From positions 1,955 through 65,954 of the forward strand of contig QJWQ01000080.1 in NCBI GenBank assembly GCA_003235325.1: DNA of 64,000 bases, in the 5' to 3' direction. Positions 56,797-64,000 of the stretch are shown one piece after another. This stretch comes from Gammaproteobacteria bacterium (lineage in GTDB: Bacteria > Pseudomonadota > Gammaproteobacteria > Pseudomonadales > Porticoccaceae). The position numbers and the translations under genes are program-made. The notes beneath the pieces are model-generated. The model was not told the DNA's origin. It saw only the letters and a program-made list of their open reading frames with translations, and searched no databases. Numbering within the stretch: position 1 is the stretch's first letter; each line of letters starts with the position of its first letter.

Positions 56797-59484
56797 CTAG
56801 CTGATAGCTTCCAGCAATCCGCGAGCCTTGTCCTTCTGCTCATCGCTTCCCGATTCCACCACTTCAGACAGGATCTCCTTGGCACCGGATGGATCGCCCA
56901 TGTCAATATAGGCCTGAGCCAGCTCCAGTTGGGTTTCCACTTCGTTGGCATCTCCCAGCAGATCGAATTCATCGTTCAGATCGAAATCGGAATCCTCGAT
57001 ATCGAGAGCCAGTTCTTCCAGTGATTCATTTTCTTCCTTTATGCCGTCCGCATCGTCATCGGAATCCGCTGTCTCTTCCCCGTCAGTTTCGGCAACTTCT
57101 TCAGTTAACGCCGTCGGCGCACTGGTCGATGTTTCATCGAGGCTTTCAAATTCATCCAGGTCCGAGACCAGGTCGTGTTCCGTCAGCTGCGCCTCAAGAT
57201 CCGAGGTGGCGGAATCAAGTCTGTCTTCAGACTCGTCACCGGAATCCAGGGAAATCTCATCGAGATTAAGATCGAGATCAAAGTCCAGGTCATCGCCGGC
57301 AGTCTCAGACTCCCTCTCTGTCCTGATTTGACTCGGATCGCTCTCGTCAGCGGTGGCCAGAGCACCTGGCTCATCCGTTGTCTGTTCCTCTTCAATATCT
57401 GCCTGGTCGGCTTCAGAACCGGCGTCAACCGAACCGGCCGGCTGCACAATCTCATCATCAAATTCTGACAGTTCATCCGTTTCGTCCAGGCCAGCCAGAT
57501 TGGACTCGCCTCGAGACTCGGGAATATCCCTGTCAGAATATGATTCCGGGTCATCCAGGTCCTGTTCATCCGTGTCGACAGGATTTTCGGAAAGTCCCAG
57601 TCGCAATTCTTGAGCACGATTGCTCATGGACGGAATTTGGAAAGCAAGGAGCCTGGGCAGGTGTTTTTCAAAGGCGGCGGCATCGTCACCGGCGGCGTAG
57701 ACTTCGAGCAGTTTCAGATGTAACTCAGCCTTCTCCGGATACCTTTCGATTGCATCCAGCAGTACTTCCTTCGCCTCATCGTAATTACCGAGAGACAGAT
57801 AGATTTCCGCCTCACCGGCCGGGTCCACCTCTTCCTCGTCACTGAGCTCCAGATCGGGGACACTGTATTTTTCGTCGATTTCAAACAGGTTATCATCGGC
57901 ATTCAGAGCAATGCTTTCTACAGAATCAAGAGCTTCCTCCTCTTCCTCAGCAAACAGATCGGGTTCGATAGCTTCAGTTAGAAGGGTGTCCGCCAATATT
58001 TCGGTATCTTCTTCCTCCGTTTTTGAACCCCGCAGCACTTTGAAGACTATGAGGACCACCAAAAGCGCAAGTCCGGCAAGGATGTAGTAGAGATAATCCG
58101 TAACCCGATCAAGTATGCCTTGCTGTTTGGGGGGGGATGTAACCCTGGCAACGGCGGCAGGTTTTTTATCAGTTGTCTTGGCAACTTCTGTCTGGGTAGC
58201 TTCGGGTGAAATGCTCTTTCCGATTGCTGGCGTGCTGTCAGCGCCGGCCGTGGCAGCTTCACCTTGGGCAAGTTCAGATTCAGCAGTATCTGAGGCAGCA
58301 ATGGGCGCCAAGGATTCGGCTTGCAGGTTCTCCACGGTATCGGCCTGATCACCGCCAATAGCCAACTGGGCAGCGCGCATTTCATTACTGCGCAGTTCCA
58401 GCAGGCGCTGCATTGTATTCAGCTGATCCTCGAGGTTTGAAAGGCGCTGCTTGAGTTCTGAATTTTCCCGCTGGGTCCGATCCAGTTCTTCCTGGACAAT
58501 GGCTATCTCGTTTCTGATAGCGTCATTACCGCCGCTGCCACTGGTTGAACCGGAAACTGCTCTGCCGATGTTGCCTTCCGTATCTTCCGTCACGGCAGAA
58601 AGCCGCAATCTGCCTTCCTCGGCGGCACCCGCATCCGGAATTTGCTGTTCCCGACCGGATGCACTCAATTGGGCGGCGGTCTCCCTGGCTGACTCGGACT
58701 CCGGGCCGGACTGGCTGCGAATATCATTCACAGCCTGTTGGTGATCCGTCGCCTTGATATCGTTGTAGGTTGGCAGGCGCAGTACATGGCCGCGTTTCAG
58801 CAGATTGATGTTACCGTTGATAAATGCATCGGGATTCAGGTCCTGAACCGCCATCATCCGCTGTTGAATTGACGTATTTCTTGAAGGGATTTTACGGGCA
58901 ATGTTCCACAGGTTATCTCCGGCCTGTACCTGATACTGCTCGCCGGGTTGAAACTGGCTGCCGCGACTGGCCTTACCGGTTCCACTCGATGCAGATGCCT
59001 TTTGCTTCTGTGCAGAGGCCGGAGCTGCTACCGGGTTTCTGGTTGGCGTCGCGGCTGACGGCTTTCCCTGGATTTGTTCTCCGGAAAAAACGGGCAGATC
59101 CAGCAGGACCGTATATTCTCTCAGCAGGCGTCCGGAAGCCCACTGTACCTCGATCAGAAAATCCAGATAGGGTTCCCTGACCGGATTGGTGGACTTGACT
59201 CGAATGACGGGACCACCGGAAGCGTGCAGATCGAGACTGAAATTCAGGCCGGTGAGAATAAACTCCCGATCGACACCCGCACGTTCAAATTCCTGCGCCG
59301 ACGCCAGGCCGGCTAGTATTTCCTGTTCATTCAAATCACCGAGATTCAGAAGTTTGATTTCTGCATCAAAAGGCTCATTTAATGCAGAATTGAGCTTGAT
59401 CTCTCCCAGGCCGACAGCGGAAGCCCAACTCGAGAAAATGAAGGCACCTATACCTGCCGCATGGGTAAAATTGCGCAAAGCCAT
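56797..59484 (-). CDS. fimV: FimV-family protein (LysM, TM segment, highly acidic region, C-terminal FimV TPR-like motif)
   Basis: 895 aa with a signal peptide and LysM (YQVQAGDNLWNIARKI). TM segment YYILAGLALLVVLIVF, long Asp/Glu-rich tracts, and a C-terminal ...TQLELAQAYIDMGDPSGAKEILSEVV. It sits between truA and asd as in P. aeruginosa. Confidence 0.88.
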   Translation of the reverse strand: MALRNFTHAAGIGAFIFSSWASAVGLGEIKLNSALNEPFDAEIKLLNLGDLNEQEILAGLASAQEFERAGVDREFILTGLNFSLDLHASGGPVIRVKSTNPVREPYLDFLIEVQWASGRLLREYTVLLDLPVFSGEQIQGKPSAATPTRNPVAAPASAQKQKASASSGTGKASRGSQFQPGEQYQVQAGDNLWNIARKIPSRNTSIQQRMMAVQDLNPDAFINGNINLLKRGHVLRLPTYNDIKATDHQQAVNDIRSQSGPESESARETAAQLSASGREQQIPDAGAAEEGRLRLSAVTEDTEGNIGRAVSGSTSGSGGNDAIRNEIAIVQEELDRTQRENSELKQRLSNLEDQLNTMQRLLELRSNEMRAAQLAIGGDQADTVENLQAESLAPIAASDTAESELAQGEAATAGADSTPAIGKSISPEATQTEVAKTTDKKPAAVARVTSPPKQQGILDRVTDYLYYILAGLALLVVLIVFKVLRGSKTEEEDTEILADTLLTEAIEPDLFAEEEEEALDSVESIALNADDNLFEIDEKYSVPDLELSDEEEVDPAGEAEIYLSLGNYDEAKEVLLDAIERYPEKAELHLKLLEVYAAGDDAAAFEKHLPRLLAFQIPSMSNRAQELRLGLSENPVDTDEQDLDDPESYSDRDIPESRGESNLAGLDETDELSEFDDEIVQPAGSVDAGSEADQADIEEEQTTDEPGALATADESDPSQIRTERESETAGDDLDFDLDLNLDEISLDSGDESEDRLDSATSDLEAQLTEHDLVSDLDEFESLDETSTSAPTALTEEVAETDGEETADSDDDADGIKEENESLEELALDIEDSDFDLNDEFDLLGDANEVETQLELAQAYIDMGDPSGAKEILSEVVESGSDEQKDKARGLLEAIS

Positions 59485-60012
59485 AACCTGTTCCCTATTT
59501 AGTTGCCATCGGGTATTTCACAATGACCCGAATCGCCCTCTTCTGAAGAATCAACAGCAAATTGCCGCGCCAAGTTTCTATTACAAATAGATTTATGGCA
59601 ACTGCCTCAGCCGGAATCGCCCGTACGATAAATCAGAAACCTTATGAAGAACTTGATCAGCCGCACAAATCAACAGCTTAGCCGTGAAGTTTACAGAACC
59701 ATTACCGTTGGCAATAAAACTGTCACCGAAAATAGACTTTGTCGCAGATCCCATATAACTGAAACGAATAATTTTCATCAAATTAATAACAATAATTTTT
59801 GAGCTCAATAGCCGGTCCTGAACCTGTTCAGCCGGGGCGTACTCGGCCCCGTATTGGCTCCCACCAGACAAGCCCCGCAATTGAGTTTCAAGCGCTGGAA
59901 ACAAAAATTGCTGCAGGAAGATGCTTTGACTGACAGAAACCGGAGGACTACGATCCTTACCACTCTCTGTCTGCAAGACCAGACCCGACATTCACAATTC
60001 CGCGACAGCCGT

Positions 60013-61137
60013 CTATCCTGCCTGGGTTTCCAACAAAATCCGCAGGATGCGTCGAAGCGGTTCGGCGGCGCCCCAGAGCAACTGGTCGCCAACGGTAAAT
60101 GCAGACAGGTATTCCGGTCCTATATTCATTTTACGCAAACGGCCGACTGGAATATGCATTTTGCCAGTGACTGCAGCCGGCGTCAGTTGTGCCAGACTTT
60201 GTTCACGGGTGTTATCTACCACCTGCACCCAGTCGTTGCTCCCGGCAATGATTTGCTGAATCTCGCCGAGGGGCACGTCGCCGGTCAGCTTCAGGGTAAT
60301 TGCCTGGCTGTGGCAGCGCATTGACCCCACCCTGACGCAAATCCCATCAATCGGCACCGGCTGCTTTTCGGAACCCAGTATCTTGTTGGTCTCCGCCTGC
60401 CCCTTCCATTCCTCCTTACTCTGGCCATTTTCCAGTTGAACATCAATCCAGGGTAGCAGGCTGCCGGCCAGCGGATGGCCGAAATTGTCCACGGGAAAAG
60501 TATTGCTGCGCTGGGTTGCAGCCACCTTGCGGTCAATATCTAGTATCGCTGATGCGGGATTTTCCAGGTCGGCAGCGACACTTTGGTGAATCGCCCCCAT
60601 CTGGGCAATCAATTCCCGCATATTCTGGGCGCCGGCACCCGACGCGGCCTGATAGGTCATGACCGTTGCCCATTGCACCAGGCCGGCCTCAAACAGGCCG
60701 CCGAGGGCCATTAACATCAGGCTGACGGTACAGTTGCCACCGATATAATTTTTTACCCCCGCATGCAAACCCCTGTCAATGACCGCGCGGTTGACCGGGT
60801 CCAGAACGATCAGGGCATCTTCTTTCATTCGCAACGCCGATGCGGCGTCGATCCAGTAACCGTCCCACCCCGCTTGCCTCAACGCCGGGTATACAGCCCT
60901 GGTGTAATCGCCACCCTGGCAGGTGACAATGATATCCATGGACTTTAGGGATTCGATATTGTTGGCGTCCCGAAGCGGTGGTGTTTCAGCGCCGACATTC
61001 GGACCGGGGCGACCCACCTGTGAGGTGCTGAAAAATACCGGCTCGATATCCCGGAAATCGTTCTCAGCCAGCATACGCTCCATAAGAACGGAGCCGACCA
61101 TGCCACGCCAACCAATAAAAGCGACTGATTTCATCAT
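60013..61137 (-). CDS. asd: aspartate-semialdehyde dehydrogenase
   Basis: [18 protein letters not shown]..., [13 protein letters not shown] (active-site Cys), 374 aa. Confidence 0.95.
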   Translation of the reverse strand: MMKSVAFIGWRGMVGSVLMERMLAENDFRDIEPVFFSTSQVGRPGPNVGAETPPLRDANNIESLKSMDIIVTCQGGDYTRAVYPALRQAGWDGYWIDAASALRMKEDALIVLDPVNRAVIDRGLHAGVKNYIGGNCTVSLMLMALGGLFEAGLVQWATVMTYQAASGAGAQNMRELIAQMGAIHQSVAADLENPASAILDIDRKVAATQRSNTFPVDNFGHPLAGSLLPWIDVQLENGQSKEEWKGQAETNKILGSEKQPVPIDGICVRVGSMRCHSQAITLKLTGDVPLGEIQQIIAGSNDWVQVVDNTREQSLAQLTPAAVTGKMHIPVGRLRKMNIGPEYLSAFTVGDQLLWGAAEPLRRILRILLETQAG

Positions 61138-61196
61138 AATTTTTCCTGGGACAGTAATTTCTGTCCGGTCACTTGCCTTCCGCTTACCTACTTAAC

Positions 61197-61238
61197 CTTG
61201 CTATTACTTGCTTGCTATTACTTGCTTGCATTTACTTG
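61197..61238. repeat. 14-bp tandem repeat x3 in the leuD-asd spacer
   Basis: Units cttgctattacttg / cttgctattacttg / cttgcatttacttg. The last unit overlaps the leuD stop codon (61232-61234). Confidence 0.88.
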
Positions 61239-61879
61239 ATAGCGCCATAGAGCCAGGGATAAGTTCGACTGTGTGCTGTCTCAAACTGCCTGATCAATTC
61301 GGCATTCTTCAGGGTGAGGCCAATTTCATCGAGCCCCTCGAGCAGGCAATGCTTGCGAAAACCATCGATTTCAAAGGCAATCGTGTCACCGTTGGGCCGG
61401 GTAATAACCTGCGCCTCCAGGTCCACGGCGAGGGCATAGCCCTCCTCGGCTTCCACGTCGACAAACAACTGGTCCACAGCCGTCTTGTCGAGAACGATCG
61501 GCAGGAGGCCGTTTTTGAAACAGTTGTTGTAGAAGATATCGGCATAACTCGGGGCGATAATTACCCGAAAACCGTAATCATCCAGGGCCCAGGGCGCGTG
61601 TTCACGACTGGAGCCGCAGCCGAAATTTTCCCGGGCCAATAACACCGAGGCATTGCGGTAGCGATCCCGGTTAAGGGCAAAATCCGGGTTCAGGGTGCGT
61701 TCGGACAATGGCTTTCCGTACCAGCCCTGATCGAGGTAACGCATTTCGTCAAACAGGTAGGGACCAAATCCTGACCTGTTGATGGCCTTGAGGAATTGCT
61801 TCGGGATGATCATGTCCGTGTCGACATTGGCCAGATCGATCGGTGCCACCAGGCCCTGATGTTTTACAAATGCTTTCAT
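61232..61879 (-). CDS. leuD: 3-isopropylmalate dehydratase small subunit
   Basis: 215 aa with [15 protein letters not shown]. It follows leuC. Confidence 0.95.
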   Translation of the reverse strand: MKAFVKHQGLVAPIDLANVDTDMIIPKQFLKAINRSGFGPYLFDEMRYLDQGWYGKPLSERTLNPDFALNRDRYRNASVLLARENFGCGSSREHAPWALDDYGFRVIIAPSYADIFYNNCFKNGLLPIVLDKTAVDQLFVDVEAEEGYALAVDLEAQVITRPNGDTIAFEIDGFRKHCLLEGLDEIGLTLKNAELIRQFETAHSRTYPWLYGAIK

Positions 61880-61889
61880 TTCTATCTCC

Positions 61890-63311
61890 TCAGGCCAGCT
61901 TGCGCACGTCGGTGATGTGGCCGGTAACTGCAGCAGCCACGGCCATGGCCGGGCTCATAAGATGGGTTCTGCCACCGGCACCCTGACGGCCTTCAAAATT
62001 GCGATTGGATGTTGAGGCGCAATGTTCGCCCCGCCCCAGAACGTCCGAATTCATGGCCAGACACATGGAGCAACCGGGTTCGCGCCATTCCATTCCCGCC
62101 TCGATGAATATCCTGTCGAGACCTTCGCTCTCGGCCTGGGCCTTGACCATCTGCGAACCCGGCACGACCAGCACCTGTTTCACGGATTCGGCTTTCTTGC
62201 GACCCCGGGCGACGGCGGCCGCCGCCCGCAGATCCTCGATTCGGGAATTGGTACAGGAACCGATGAAGACCTTGTCGATCATGATATCGGTAATATTCAT
62301 GCCGCCCTGAAGCCCCATATAATCCAGCGCCCGCTGGTAGCCTTTCTGCTTGACGGGGTTGCCCGAATCTTCCGGCCGGGGCACAACGCTGTTGACCGGC
62401 GCCACCATCTCCGGCGACGTGCCCCAACTGACGAAGGGATCAATAGCTGCGGCATCCAGTTCCACCACCGCATCAAAAACCGCATCACTGTCTGTGCGCA
62501 GGGTCTGCCAGTAGGCTTCCGCCCGATCCCACATGGCACCTGTAGGGGCAAAACGGCTGCCCCTGATATAGTCGATGGTTTTCTGATCTACTCCCACCAG
62601 CCCAACCCGGGCGCCGGCTTCAATAGCCATATTGCAAATAGTCATCCTGCCTTCAATGGACAGGGCCTCGATGGTGCTGCCGCCAAACTCGATAGCGTAG
62701 CCGTTGCCGCCTGCAGTACCTATTTTGCCGATGATGGCCAGAATGACATCCTTGGCAGTGACACCGGGACCCAATTGGCCATCAACCCTGACCAGCATAT
62801 TTTTCATTTTGCTGGTAACCAGACACTGGGTTGCCAGCACGTGTTCCACCTCGGAGGTACCAATGCCGTGAGCCAGGCAACCGAAAGCGCCATGGGTCGC
62901 GGTGTGAGAATCGCCACAGACCACCGTCGTTCCCGGCAGAGTCACTCCCAGTTCCGGGCCGATCACGTGGACCACACCCTGCCCCATCTCGTTGACATGA
63001 AATTCCTTGATACCAAATTCATCGCAGTTGTCATCCAGGGTCTGCACCTGAATTCGGGAGGTATCGTCAATAATGGTGGCCACCCCACCTTTCCGCTCCT
63101 CCGCATTGGTGGGCACATTGTGGTCCGGCGTGGCAACCGTGGTATCGGTTCGCCAGGGCTTGCGGCCGCTGAGACGCAGTCCTTCGAATGCCTGGGGCGA
63201 GGTAACCTCGTGGATGATATGCCGGTCTATGTAAAGCAGTGCGGTGCCGTCTTGACGAGACTCCACCAGATGAGAGTCCCATAATTTGTCGTACAGGGTT
63301 TGTCCGGCCAT
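61890..63311 (-). CDS. leuC: 3-isopropylmalate dehydratase large subunit
   Basis: 473 aa. [26 protein letters not shown] and CSMCLAMN are aconitase-family Fe-S ligand motifs. Confidence 0.96.
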   Translation of the reverse strand: MAGQTLYDKLWDSHLVESRQDGTALLYIDRHIIHEVTSPQAFEGLRLSGRKPWRTDTTVATPDHNVPTNAEERKGGVATIIDDTSRIQVQTLDDNCDEFGIKEFHVNEMGQGVVHVIGPELGVTLPGTTVVCGDSHTATHGAFGCLAHGIGTSEVEHVLATQCLVTSKMKNMLVRVDGQLGPGVTAKDVILAIIGKIGTAGGNGYAIEFGGSTIEALSIEGRMTICNMAIEAGARVGLVGVDQKTIDYIRGSRFAPTGAMWDRAEAYWQTLRTDSDAVFDAVVELDAAAIDPFVSWGTSPEMVAPVNSVVPRPEDSGNPVKQKGYQRALDYMGLQGGMNITDIMIDKVFIGSCTNSRIEDLRAAAAVARGRKKAESVKQVLVVPGSQMVKAQAESEGLDRIFIEAGMEWREPGCSMCLAMNSDVLGRGEHCASTSNRNFEGRQGAGGRTHLMSPAMAVAAAVTGHITDVRKLA

Positions 63312-63335
63312 GTTGCCTCCAGGGTTAAGTTGACG

Positions 63336-63345
63336 AGAATATTCT
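63336..63345. promoter_or_regulatory. palindrome AGAATATTCT in the AT-rich leuC/LysR divergent promoter region (possible LysR-type operator)
   Basis: A perfect 10-bp palindrome. A related AGGAATATTTTAGAATAATCC lies at ~63398-63418. The 111-bp divergent spacer is very AT-rich. Confidence 0.25.
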
Positions 63346-63422
63346 AGGCAAGCAATACAAATAAAACAAATTCATATTTTTTATAATTTGGATTCCATTT
63401 AGGAATATTTTAGAATAATCCG

Positions 63423-64000
63423 ATGGATACCCAACTTCTGGAAGCATTTCTGAGCGTGGCTGAGACCGGATCGTTTTCCGGTGCCGCCGACAAAATGCAC
63501 CTGACCCAACCGGCAATCAGCAAACGGATCGCACAACTGGAATCCGACCTGGGAAACCGGCTGTTCGATCGTATATCTCGAACCGTCAACCTTACTGAAG
63601 CAGGGCAGGCCCTGCTGCCCCGAGCCGAAAGTATTCTGCGTCTGATCCAGGAGACCCGCCAGGCAATTCAGGACCTGTCAGGACAGATTGCCGGCGATTT
63701 GCGACTCGCCATCAGCCACCACATCGGCCTGCACCGACTGCCACCGGTCCTGAAAACTTTTGCCAGCGAACACCCCGGAGTAGCCGTAAATGTCGACTTC
63801 ATGGATTCGGAGGTAGCTTACGACGCCATTCTCCATGGCAAGTTCGAGGTGGCGGTAATAACCCTGGCACCCGATGACCATCCAGGGATCCTGGCGACCA
63901 CGATCTGGGAGGACCCTCTGATTCCGGTAGTCGCCGGGGATCATCCCCTGGCACAGTTCCCCGTCACCAGCCTTGGGGAGTTTTGCCGATACTCGGCAAT
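63423..64000 (+). CDS. LysR-family transcriptional regulator, N-terminal ~192 codons; continues past the right window edge
   Basis: Not in the ORF track because no stop lies in the window. My translation from ATG 63423 gives MDTQLLEAFLSVAETGSFSGAADKMHLTQPAISKRIAQLESDLGNRLFDRISRTVNLTEAGQALLPRAE..., a canonical LysR wHTH. It is divergent from leuCD. Confidence 0.88.
   Translation, partial: MDTQLLEAFLSVAETGSFSGAADKMHLTQPAISKRIAQLESDLGNRLFDRISRTVNLTEAGQALLPRAESILRLIQETRQAIQDLSGQIAGDLRLAISHHIGLHRLPPVLKTFASEHPGVAVNVDFMDSEVAYDAILHGKFEVAVITLAPDDHPGILATTIWEDPLIPVVAGDHPLAQFPVTSLGEFCRYSA

Noticed and set aside
59593-59991. 132-aa ORF (or a 61-aa version starting MKIIRF at 59778) between fimV and asd.
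   Set aside because: It has AT-rich codon usage atypical for this genome, no ribosome-binding site and no recognisable motif. It is not reported as a gene and is mentioned only in the synteny finding.

Overview
This is a high-GC (roughly 58-60% by eye), densely coding chromosomal segment that looks gammaproteobacterial. Housekeeping synteny is Pseudomonas/E. coli-like: rlmL/rmf; purL-mltF-tadA; and a long minus-strand block LysR><leuC-leuD-asd-fimV-truA-trpF-accD-folC-dedD-cvpA-purF-metZ, followed by moxR-DUF58-tgpA. About 60 CDS can be supported, plus tRNA-Val and tRNA-Asp with a strong promoter, a decayed IS91-family transposase next to tRNA-Asp, and several short tandem repeats and terminators. 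There are no CRISPR arrays, integrases or reverse transcriptases. The best candidate for an undescribed system lies beside the tRNA locus at 21.8-26.6 kb. It comprises a release-factor-like 'host attachment' protein, a Lon-like protease with degenerate ATPase motifs, a translationally coupled tandem-USP-like protein, and a divergent, translationally coupled DUF503-ThpR (RNA 2',3'-cyclic phosphodiesterase) pair. Other items worth a second look:
- a di-haem cytochrome c peroxidase fused to an FG-GAP/UnbV module
- an Mbh-ordered Mrp cluster with three MrpD-like subunits and no MrpA
- a nested-hairpin, inverted-repeat element upstream of an MGST1-like MAPEG gene
- a GAGTCT/GANTC-dense tRNA spacer
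- an orphan Anbu proteasome homologue
- a repeat-containing insertion in tadA
- an sprT/GIY-YIG coupled pair
All family assignments come from reading the translations. No database search was run.
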